Assembly: GCA_963745075.1 (NCBI GenBank)
Contig: CAVUWV010000015.1
Span: forward strand, 160,001 to 224,000
Reading direction: 5' to 3'
From: Candidatus Hydrogenedentota bacterium
GTDB lineage: Bacteria > Hydrogenedentota > Hydrogenedentia > Hydrogenedentales > SLHB01
Length of the DNA: 64,000 nucleotides
Within the stretch, counting starts at the first letter, position 1, and each line of letters opens with the position of its first letter. Of the stretch, positions 21,213 through 29,859 are shown piece by piece. The notes beneath the pieces are model-generated. The model was not told where the DNA came from. It worked only from the letters and a program-made list of their open reading frames with translations, and did no database searches. Made by a program: the position numbers and the translations under genes.

Positions 21213-22196
21213 ATGGCTACGAAGAAGAAGACACGATCAAGAGTCCGGGTCGCATTGATCGGTGCAGGCGGAATGGCAAACGGCGTGCACTACCCGTCCT
21301 TGAGCGAAATGATGGACGTTGAACTCGCGGCGATTTGCGATTTGGTGCCCGAAAAGGCTGCCGAAACGGCGGAACGATTCGGCATCCCCAGAACATACAT
21401 TGATTACGGCGCCATGCTGGACGAGGTAAAACCGGACGCTGTGTATGCGCTCATGCCGCCGCATCACATCTTCGACGTCGCCATGAACGTCATGGACCGC
21501 GGCCATCACTTGTTCATCGAGAAACCGCCCGGACTGAATGCCTTTCAGAACCGGCGCATGGCGGAGTGCGCCGCCCGTAACAAGGTCATCGCCATGTGCG
21601 GGTTTCAACGGCGCTACATCCCGTTGTTCAATACACTTCGGAAGAAAGTGGAGAAGCGCGGCCCCGTCCACACCGTGGTGGTGACCTTTGTGAAATGCAG
21701 TTATCCGGCGGCTTCGTACTACAACGGCGCCGTCGATATCCTCTCCTGCGATGCCGTTCATGCCGTCGACACGTTGCGGTATTTTTGCGGCGGCGAAGTC
21801 GTGAGCGTCGCGAGCGACGTTCGGAACCTCGGCGCGGAAGACAACAACGCCTTTTATGCGCTGGTAAAATTCTCGACCGGCGCCACGGGCGTATTGCAGA
21901 CCAATTGGGCCGTGGGACGGCGGTTCTTTAAGCTGGAACTGCACGCGCAAGGGGTCTCCGCGTATGCCGACCCGGACGACGCGGGCATTCTGTATAAGGA
22001 CGGTGAACTCGAAGGGAAGACTTTCGATCCCGCCGAGTGCGCCGGGAATGCTGCTGATTGGCACCGATGGGGGTTCTTCGCGGAGAGTCGTCACTTTATC
22101 GATTGCGTCAAAAACGGCAACACGCCGGCGAGCAACCTGGCCGATACGGTCAAAACCATGGAACTGGTGGACCGCATCTACCACAGCCAAATCTGA
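21213..22196 (+). CDS. Gfo/Idh/MocA family oxidoreductase
   Basis: RVALIGAGGMA, HLFIEKP, GFQRRY, DAVHAVD. Confidence 0.92.
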   Translation: MATKKKTRSRVRVALIGAGGMANGVHYPSLSEMMDVELAAICDLVPEKAAETAERFGIPRTYIDYGAMLDEVKPDAVYALMPPHHIFDVAMNVMDRGHHLFIEKPPGLNAFQNRRMAECAARNKVIAMCGFQRRYIPLFNTLRKKVEKRGPVHTVVVTFVKCSYPAASYYNGAVDILSCDAVHAVDTLRYFCGGEVVSVASDVRNLGAEDNNAFYALVKFSTGATGVLQTNWAVGRRFFKLELHAQGVSAYADPDDAGILYKDGELEGKTFDPAECAGNAADWHRWGFFAESRHFIDCVKNGNTPASNLADTVKTMELVDRIYHSQI

Positions 22197-22215
22197 CCCC
22201 CGAAAGGAACACACG

Positions 22216-23076
22216 ATGGCCAAACTCTTCCGGCTCGCGGTAGCGTCTATCGACAATCCCGACGTTGAAGACCGGTCGGGCGTCATCGATCGCTGCGTAG
22301 AAGCCATCGCCGAAGCGGGCGACCGCGGCGCGGATCTCGTACTGCTGCCGGAAGAACCGGACATCATCGCGGGCGGCACCTACGGCGTGTATCCGCTGGA
22401 AGATCATCCTTCGTTCATTCGTTTCCGCGATCGGGCCGCCAAATCGAAGATTGGGATTATTTCGACACTTTCCGCTAAGGTCGAAGATCGTCACGCCAAT
22501 ACCGCCTTCCTATTGGACCGGAAAGGAAACGTAGCTGGTCTATACCGAAAGAAACACCCCGCTCCCAGTGAGGAAATGATTCTTACCGAATCGGTAATTC
22601 CGGGCGATCCGTTTCCGCTTTTTGATTTCGAAGGCGTCATGCTCGGTATCGCGACGTGCATGGACATCCACTTCCCGGAGATGTTCCGCATCTACGGACT
22701 TAAAGGCGCGGACCTGGTGTGCGTGCCGACCATGTACCTCGACTATACCGGGGACATGCTGGAAGCCATCGAGAAAGCCCGCGCCATCGACAGCCAGATG
22801 TATCTGGCCATTTCCCGCTACATTACTCGACCCTATCTCGCAGGGAAAAACATGGGATACGCGAAAGTCATCGCGCCGGATGGCCGGGTAATCTGCTCCA
22901 CCGCCCATCGTGCGGGCGTGGCAATCGCGGAGTTCGACCCGAAGTGGCGGATGGAATTCTGGGGTGAAGGCTACGAAGGCAACATGCGGTTCATGTTCGA
23001 CGTGATCCGCCGGCCCGACCTGTACGGCGACCTGGTGAAACCGAGAGAGATCGACAACGAAACCGATGAAGAATGA
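22216..23076 (+). CDS. Carbon-nitrogen hydrolase (nitrilase superfamily)
   Basis: E-K-C triad motifs LVLLPE, YRKKH, ATCMDIHFPE; GAAAGGA RBS before ATG 22216. Confidence 0.9.
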   Translation: MAKLFRLAVASIDNPDVEDRSGVIDRCVEAIAEAGDRGADLVLLPEEPDIIAGGTYGVYPLEDHPSFIRFRDRAAKSKIGIISTLSAKVEDRHANTAFLLDRKGNVAGLYRKKHPAPSEEMILTESVIPGDPFPLFDFEGVMLGIATCMDIHFPEMFRIYGLKGADLVCVPTMYLDYTGDMLEAIEKARAIDSQMYLAISRYITRPYLAGKNMGYAKVIAPDGRVICSTAHRAGVAIAEFDPKWRMEFWGEGYEGNMRFMFDVIRRPDLYGDLVKPREIDNETDEE

Positions 23077-23083
23077 ATCGAAC

Positions 23084-23314
23084 AACATCCCCCTTGATCC
23101 CCCTTCAAAGGGGGAATTCGGCGTACCGTCGTTTCAGGTGGAATACGCCGAGGAATACTCCGAATCCAGGCGAGTGCAAACTCTAGACACGCGACGCTTT
23201 GCGTCGCGTTCGGAACATCGGCAAGAAACCACTTCCGGAGAATGGCGCAGTACTCCCGCCCACAAACGCGCATACGCAAAACTCCCCCTTTGAAGGGGGA
23301 TCAAGGGGGATGTT
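23084..23314. repeat. REPIN/MITE-like element, copy 2
   Basis: AACATCCCCCTTGATCCCCCTTCAAAGGGGGA and its reverse complement at the two ends; ~165 bp interior. Confidence 0.92.
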
Positions 23315-23377
23315 CTTAAGGTCTGGAGTTTGGCGTGGAAATTGAAAAGCGAAACCAAAACACGGGAGACGGTTCAA

Positions 23378-24115
23378 GTGCTTTGGAAAGACGGGAAGAA
23401 GTGGGTGTACTCGATCACCTACGACGAAGGATGTGAAGATCTGCTGCGGTACGCGCTGCCCATTCATCGTAAGTACGGTGTACCGGGACACGTCGCGTTG
23501 GTGTCCAGCCAAATCGGGGTCCCGCGCAACGTGCCGGGCAGCAGCTACGACAAAATGATGATCTTATCCAAAGATCAAATCCACGACCTCGTCAAGGAAG
23601 GTTGGGGTGTCTCGTGTCACAGCATGACCCACTGCGGCGTAACATTAAATAACGGGGATACGGAAGTCGTGCAGGCCCGGCGTGTGATCGAGGAGACACT
23701 CGACATGGAGGTGCGCATGTTCTGCGTGCCCGGCGACAACAACGGACACCCCGGCGCGTTGAAATACGCGGACCTAGCCGGCTTCACGTCGATCCTGACC
23801 ATCTACGATCGCGTCAACACGCGCGACACGGATCTCCTCCACTTGGGCCGCGTGCCGTTGCACACGGAGTACCCCGCCCCCTTCTTCTCGCTGTATGATC
23901 CGTACAAACGCATCCACCAGGCCATCGATATGGAAGGCTGGATCATCGACTACTGCCATTGTCCCATGCCGGACAAGCCGATCCATCCGGCCAAGGATTG
24001 CACGACACAGGAGTTGGAAAAGCGGTTCGCGACGATATGCGATCTCGGCGGGGATGATGTGTGGATTGCGGAACCGAATGACGTTGTGAATTGGTTGCTG
24101 GAACAGCGGAAGTGA
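23378..24115 (+). CDS. Polysaccharide deacetylase (NodB-like)
   Basis: SITYDEG and GWGVSCHSMTH motifs; GTG 23378 behind GGGAG (ORF track starts 23330). Confidence 0.8.
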   Translation: MLWKDGKKWVYSITYDEGCEDLLRYALPIHRKYGVPGHVALVSSQIGVPRNVPGSSYDKMMILSKDQIHDLVKEGWGVSCHSMTHCGVTLNNGDTEVVQARRVIEETLDMEVRMFCVPGDNNGHPGALKYADLAGFTSILTIYDRVNTRDTDLLHLGRVPLHTEYPAPFFSLYDPYKRIHQAIDMEGWIIDYCHCPMPDKPIHPAKDCTTQELEKRFATICDLGGDDVWIAEPNDVVNWLLEQRK

Positions 24116-24513
24116 ACCTCACGTATGAATGTGCAGTAGTGAAAGAACATACGTCGCGGTGGACCCCATTGTATACCATAGCTGAATGCACCGACGAGCC
24201 TTTCTGTCGAACGTCAACTCATCCTAATCAGCGGACATCCATGGCATTCCACAAGAACCGTCTGCGCCACCGCTTCAGTACTCGGACACTTTTGAAGCCA
24301 ACGCCGGCATCCCCTTGCGCAAATTGGCTGTACCCGCTACTGTAAAAGCAGTTCACTCCGCCGTACCCAATGGAGCGCTGGGCGGAATGGCTTCTTGTGG
24401 AGCAAGACCCGATGCCGTCTCTTACTTTGTTCCGCTACTTGGAAGGGGGCGGGCCAATTGGGACCGGGTTTCGCGGCACGGGCACGGCGTAAACTTCAAA
24501 AGGGGATCAGACC

Positions 24514-27306
24514 GTGAAACAGGTGCTTTCGATCTTCACCGTCATCGTCATGGCTTCGCTGCCTGCCTTCGGGGCCGAATCCATCGACGACGACCCCGCC
24601 GCATGGGAGTTTTCAGACGGAAGTATCACCTTCGTTTGCATCGGCCCGGACGGCGAACCCGTGCCAGGCGCGGACGTAGCGTTCGCGGAGTGGGATTACG
24701 GCACGCCGCCACTCGCGGCGACTGTCGAACGAGCCCAAACTGACAACGAAGGCCGCTGTACCTTCACAAACTTAACGGGCCGGAAGTCCCACGCCGTTCA
24801 CGTGACGAAAGACGACTGGGGATGTTGGGCCGCCCAACGTTACCTCAAGCCCAGCGACAAGCATCCAACGGTGACGCTCACGCTGGACGTCTATCGTGAA
24901 ATCTGCGGAGTCGTTCTGGACAAGGCCGGCACGCCCGTCGACGGCGTCCAAGTGTTGAACCGCAGCGTTTTGCCTGGCGCAACAACCGACGAACGGGGCG
25001 CCTTTTGTATTGCCAACTTGCAGAATCAGCAGGAATTCATCTTTTACAAGGCCGGCTACGGTTGGTTGAATTCCGGCCTCTCCGGGCCGGTGGTCGCGTT
25101 GGAGATCACACTGCCCGAGGGGGGGATGCTGGAGGTGACCGTACTCGACAAAGCCAATCATCCCGTAGCGGGCGCAAACGTGACGTACTCTGGCGGCAAC
25201 CAATATTACGGCGGTGGCGCCGATGCGACCCAGGTCACAAACGATCAGGGAAAGACGACGACGGTTTGGTTGCCGAGTGACCGTGACACATCGGTCAGCG
25301 CGACGTTCGAGCGCGATGGCTACAATTGGGGAGACAAGATTGAAGTCCGGCCGATCGCGGGAAAAACGACACCGGTAACGGTACGGCCCAGGCCCCGGGC
25401 GAAGATCGTTGATGACGGTAACCGCTACGTTTCGCTTCGAAAACGTCCTAAGGGCGTGGTTACGGGGAAGGTGGTGATGGAAGGCACCGGCGAACCCGTG
25501 CTGGCGGGCATCCTCTATGACACTTCCCAGGAGTGGGTGCGCTCGGTTCGCGCGACTACCGATGACGAAGGGACTTTCCGATGCGATGGCTTGGAATATG
25601 GAGACTATTACTTTACCGCCTTTCCGCGCACTGCCGCCCTCTACTCGAAAGGAGGACTTGTCCAGGTAAGTCTGAGCGAGGCGCAGCCTTCGCGTGAGCT
25701 GACGTTTACGATCGTGGAAGGATGCGTCATTCGCGGCGACGTGAAGAGCGCCGACGGGTTGCCGGTTCCCAACGCACAGATTTCGTACTCGCCTGCCAAT
25801 CCGAATCACTACTTTCCCGTCGCCACCGATGAGATGGGGCATTTCTTCATTCCACATCTCGCCTTTCCGGAAAAGTCTTATCAGCTTACGGTTCATTCTG
25901 CTCAAGGAAATCGTGCAACAGTGGAGGTTGCGCCCGTCGGCCTTGGCGCCATCTCGGAACCCGCGTTGGTGTTAATGGAGGATGTGTACCTCAGAGCCGC
26001 GACGGCAGGTACGTTCCGTGGGCAGGTGATCGACCAGCATGACGAGCCCGTGCGCGCCGCTACTGTTTCGTTTTCGTCTGACATCGCACCAGAGGAGTCG
26101 GTGACGGATACGAATGGCCAATTCGCCCTCAGTCTCCGGCAAGGTGGCATCGGAAATTTCAGCGTTCGGTACGACGCAAGCATTCTCCTTAATGGCGTGA
26201 TCGGATCCATCCGGGAACCGCTGGAGATAATCGAGGGCGGTTCGGTTTCGGTCGATCCTGCCGGTGAAAACCCATTGCACACGATTCGCGTGGAGGTCCC
26301 GCCCTGGAAATACGTAGGGGGGCTCGTGACCGACGTCCACGGCAATCCACTCTCGCCGGATGTCAACGTGTATGTCGATGACTGCACGGGATCTGTCCGC
26401 GCGCAGGATGGCGCGTTCCTTCGAACGGGATGTACGAAACCGTTCGTGAAGGATCCGGTCTTGGTCGAATTTACATTGGACGGGTACCAGGCGCGGGTCT
26501 TGGAGAGCGGGCGCGACTTCGAGCTGGGCGACACGCGCGTTCGGGTCGTCATGAAGAAGGGCCCCTACGAACCGTTTGAGTCAATATTCGAGGCGGCTAC
26601 CGGTCGTCCTGTGGGGCAAGTAATCGAGATGTTCCGGGGTGATCGCATATTGGAGAATACCAGCCGGTACTGGCAATTGGCCCAAAGTTCGGGTTCGGGC
26701 CACCGCTATGGCCAACCGCCGAATTGGGTGATTGTGGTGGACGAAAACGGCAAATCGGTGACGCGCATTCTGCTGCGCTCGCCCTATGGGAACCGGCCCA
26801 TCATTCTGAGTACCGGAGAAGAATCGGACTATCCTCCCGAGTCTATGGAAGACGAGCGCGGCCACTACACGCTTCCTGACGAGGCGCGTTTTGTGTGGGC
26901 CGAGGGGAAGGGCATGGCGTTCCTTGAGCACCGAAGCAGGGAGCACGGCGCGGAACCGCGCGTCGTCGTGCTGCAACCCGCGGCAGATATCACGGTGAAA
27001 GCGTTAGACGCGAACGGTCAACCGCTCAGCGGCGTGATGATGGGTCTTAGCTCGTCCGATCCGGATTGGCCCCGCTTCATCGATACATCCCCGCCCCACC
27101 CATGGACAGACCAGTCCGGCGCACTTCGCTTCGCCCATCTCCCCCCTGGCGAATATGAAGCGTGGGCTTTCAAGGAAGGCTACCGCCCCGCGCGAACCAC
27201 GGTTACCGTGAAACCCGGGGAATCGAAGACGGTGGAGTTGAGCCCAACGACGCGGATGTCTACGTCTTCCCTTTTTGAGCGCGTGTTTCGGTATGTGCTC
27301 GGTTGA
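24514..27306 (+). CDS. Secreted protein with repeated carboxypeptidase-regulatory-like beta-sandwich domains
   Basis: Signal peptide; recurring GxVxDxxGxPVxGAxV...TDxxGxF modules. Confidence 0.8.
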   Translation: MKQVLSIFTVIVMASLPAFGAESIDDDPAAWEFSDGSITFVCIGPDGEPVPGADVAFAEWDYGTPPLAATVERAQTDNEGRCTFTNLTGRKSHAVHVTKDDWGCWAAQRYLKPSDKHPTVTLTLDVYREICGVVLDKAGTPVDGVQVLNRSVLPGATTDERGAFCIANLQNQQEFIFYKAGYGWLNSGLSGPVVALEITLPEGGMLEVTVLDKANHPVAGANVTYSGGNQYYGGGADATQVTNDQGKTTTVWLPSDRDTSVSATFERDGYNWGDKIEVRPIAGKTTPVTVRPRPRAKIVDDGNRYVSLRKRPKGVVTGKVVMEGTGEPVLAGILYDTSQEWVRSVRATTDDEGTFRCDGLEYGDYYFTAFPRTAALYSKGGLVQVSLSEAQPSRELTFTIVEGCVIRGDVKSADGLPVPNAQISYSPANPNHYFPVATDEMGHFFIPHLAFPEKSYQLTVHSAQGNRATVEVAPVGLGAISEPALVLMEDVYLRAATAGTFRGQVIDQHDEPVRAATVSFSSDIAPEESVTDTNGQFALSLRQGGIGNFSVRYDASILLNGVIGSIREPLEIIEGGSVSVDPAGENPLHTIRVEVPPWKYVGGLVTDVHGNPLSPDVNVYVDDCTGSVRAQDGAFLRTGCTKPFVKDPVLVEFTLDGYQARVLESGRDFELGDTRVRVVMKKGPYEPFESIFEAATGRPVGQVIEMFRGDRILENTSRYWQLAQSSGSGHRYGQPPNWVIVVDENGKSVTRILLRSPYGNRPIILSTGEESDYPPESMEDERGHYTLPDEARFVWAEGKGMAFLEHRSREHGAEPRVVVLQPAADITVKALDANGQPLSGVMMGLSSSDPDWPRFIDTSPPHPWTDQSGALRFAHLPPGEYEAWAFKEGYRPARTTVTVKPGESKTVELSPTTRMSTSSLFERVFRYVLG

Positions 27307-27376
27307 ATTTCGGTGATTGAATGAAAGTTGCCGCGTGGTGTCGGGTGCCGTCTGGCGAGCAATCATGTTATGGCGA

Positions 27377-27488
27377 CACTGGGAGCGCCTGGCTCCAGCC
27401 TGGCGGGGTTTACACAACAACTGCGATTGCACAGCCCAAGTGTTTTCACTCCGAACTTTCGCCAGGCTGGAGCCCAGCGCTCCCAGTG
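27377..27488. repeat. REPIN-like inverted doublet (CACTGGGAGCGC..GGCTCCAGCCTGGCG)
   Basis: 29 bp arms 27377-27405 and 27460-27488, 27/29 complementary; intergenic. Confidence 0.88.
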
Positions 27489-27653
27489 CCGTCCGTTCGT
27501 TGTCTCCCCCAACGGCTTGATGTACTGCAACTTGCGGCGTATGTTAACCTCTTCCGAGCAAGCGGCGTTCCCAGTCTCCGTTCGAAAGTGTACTGAGCAG
27601 TCTTCTTCCAGCGGGACCTGTCGCAAACTGGAAATAGAAAGGCGAGTCAAGAG

Positions 27654-28901
27654 ATGGCGCAGAAACTTCAGGCGGCAAAGTGGGGTGCGCAGGCGCATTT
27701 GGACGAGGTGGGGAAATTGCCCGTATCATTCCCCCGGACAATGGGGCCGAACGCGCTGAGATACGTGCAGGAAGTGGTCGATTCGGGGCTGACAGCGGAC
27801 ATGATGGGGCGGTTCGAGAAAGCCTTCGCGGAGGCGCTCGGCGTGAAGCATTGCATCGGTACGCCGGGATGCACGCCCGCCATTCACGTGTTGGCGCTGG
27901 CCTCGGGGATTGCGCCGGGCGATGAGATTGTCGTCAGTCCCGTGACCGACTATGGCACCGTGCAAGGATTCCTGGCCGAGGGCATCATTCCCGTCTTCGC
28001 GGATACGGCACCGGGCACGATCAACTTCTCACCGGCGACCATCGATCCCTGCATTACCGATCGCACGCGCGCCATTCTATGCGTCCACATGACGGGGCTT
28101 ATGAACGATATGGATGGCATTAACGCCTTGGCAAAGAAGCATGATTTGAAAGTCTACGAGGACGCGTGTCAATCGGTCTTCGGTGAATACAAGGGCCGGG
28201 TCGCGGGAACGCTTGGCGATGCGGCGTGCTTTTCGTTCGACGCGGAGAAGACCATGGGCTCCGACACCGGCGGGTGCCTGGTGACGAACGACACGGAGCT
28301 GTATGAACGCGCCCGGTACATGGGGCAGAGCCGCGGCGCGGTGATGCAGCCTCATTTCGGGCGACTGCACGCGGACGTGGGGTACGCGTACCGGATGCCG
28401 GGTTGCACGGCGGCGATTTGTCTCGCGCAGCTCGAGATCGTGCGGGAGCAGGTCGTCCACCGCGACACCATGGCGCGTTTGCTCTATGACAAACTCGGCG
28501 AGATTCCGGGTATCACGCCGCTGCCGATTCCGGAATCCACCAACGTCTATTCCTGCTGGATGGCGGGTTTTAATATCGATGCAAAAGCCTTCACATGCTC
28601 CACGGAAGACTTCGCCAGCCAACTCGCCGAAGCGGGAATTCCCGGCGCGGGGATGGGCGAGTATTATCTGATGCCGGCAGCGTTGACCTGCCTGCACAAG
28701 AAGGTCGCCGAGAAGCAGTTTCCGTATACCGTGCCACCCGCGTCGAGGGAGTATGCGTATTCGTCGGACAACTGTCCGACGGCGACGGAATTCCTGAAAA
28801 CCTTCATCCGCTGGTCGACGTTTTGTGAGAAGTATCAACCGGAACATTGCGAACTCGCGGCGCGGATCGTAGCCGAAGTCGCGGACAAGAACAGGGTATA
28901 G
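27654..28901 (+). CDS. DegT/DnrJ/EryC1/StrS family PLP aminotransferase
   Basis: FEKAFAE, PGDEIVV, VYEDACQS, CFSFDAEK (PLP lysine), GGCLVTND, GYAYRM. Confidence 0.92.
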   Translation: MAQKLQAAKWGAQAHLDEVGKLPVSFPRTMGPNALRYVQEVVDSGLTADMMGRFEKAFAEALGVKHCIGTPGCTPAIHVLALASGIAPGDEIVVSPVTDYGTVQGFLAEGIIPVFADTAPGTINFSPATIDPCITDRTRAILCVHMTGLMNDMDGINALAKKHDLKVYEDACQSVFGEYKGRVAGTLGDAACFSFDAEKTMGSDTGGCLVTNDTELYERARYMGQSRGAVMQPHFGRLHADVGYAYRMPGCTAAICLAQLEIVREQVVHRDTMARLLYDKLGEIPGITPLPIPESTNVYSCWMAGFNIDAKAFTCSTEDFASQLAEAGIPGAGMGEYYLMPAALTCLHKKVAEKQFPYTVPPASREYAYSSDNCPTATEFLKTFIRWSTFCEKYQPEHCELAARIVAEVADKNRV

Positions 28902-28905
28902 CTTC

Positions 28906-29826
28906 ATGAGAATCGGTGTAGTTGATGTCGACACGTCCCATCCCCAGAACTGGATCCCCATCGAACGTGAACTCGGCCACGAGGTCGTCGGTCTTTGGGA
29001 TGGGGGTTCGGTGCATTCAGAGGAATACGTCAAGAAGTTCGCGACCGACCACAACATCCCGACGGTGTACTCATCCCTGGAAACCATGGCGGCCGAGGTC
29101 GATTGCGCGATCATCCACGGATGCGACTGGGATACCCACATCGACAAGACGCGGCCCTTCGTGGAAGCGGGTAGATCCGTTTTGCTCGACAAGCCCGTCG
29201 CGGGGAACGTGCGTGACATTGACCAGATCAAGCAGTGGGTGAACGAAGGCGCGTGCATCAGCGGGGGTTCTTCGTTGCGGTTCTGCTACGAGACCCGCGA
29301 TTGGTTGGCCAAACCCATCGAAGAGCGCGGTACGCCTCACACGGCGATTTGCGGCTGTGGCGTGGACGAGTACAACTACGGAATTCATGGTTACGCGATG
29401 TTGTGCGGCATCCTGGGACCCGGGATCCGGTGTGTCCGGCATTTGGGCAAGGGGGTTCAGCGGCACATCGAAGTGACGTGGATGGACGGGACCTTCGGAT
29501 TCCTGGTCGTTGGGAAAATGGACGGATGGATCCCCTTTCACGCGGATATCATTACCGACAAGGGCGTCACCCAGTTCGTCGCGGACTCTGCGAACCTGTA
29601 TCGCGCGCTGCTCGAGCGGGTACTGCCGTACCTTGCCGGCGAAACGGATGAGCCGCCGGTCTCCATCGACGCGTTAGTCGAACCGGAGCTCTGCGCCTTG
29701 GCGGCAAAATATTCCTGGATGAACGGTGACGAAATCGTGACTCTGGAAGAACTTGCGGACGCGGATGTCTCATACGACGGCGCGGCCTTTGCCGAGGAGT
29801 ATGCCGCGGCGCGGGGCACAAAATAG
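28906..29826 (+). CDS. Gfo/Idh/MocA-like oxidoreductase
   Basis: MRIGVVDVDTSH, VLLDKP, GGSSLRF, YGIHG. Confidence 0.8.
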   Translation: MRIGVVDVDTSHPQNWIPIERELGHEVVGLWDGGSVHSEEYVKKFATDHNIPTVYSSLETMAAEVDCAIIHGCDWDTHIDKTRPFVEAGRSVLLDKPVAGNVRDIDQIKQWVNEGACISGGSSLRFCYETRDWLAKPIEERGTPHTAICGCGVDEYNYGIHGYAMLCGILGPGIRCVRHLGKGVQRHIEVTWMDGTFGFLVVGKMDGWIPFHADIITDKGVTQFVADSANLYRALLERVLPYLAGETDEPPVSIDALVEPELCALAAKYSWMNGDEIVTLEELADADVSYDGAAFAEEYAAARGTK

Positions 29827-29859
29827 ACCGGCCAAGACCGCCTCCAGAAGCGTCAACGT

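Noticed and set aside
23066..23293. Small proteins with NIPLDPPSKGE motifs (also 44725..45090 and 18854..19105)
   Set aside because: They are translations of the palindromic repeats; frames and stops are not conserved between copies
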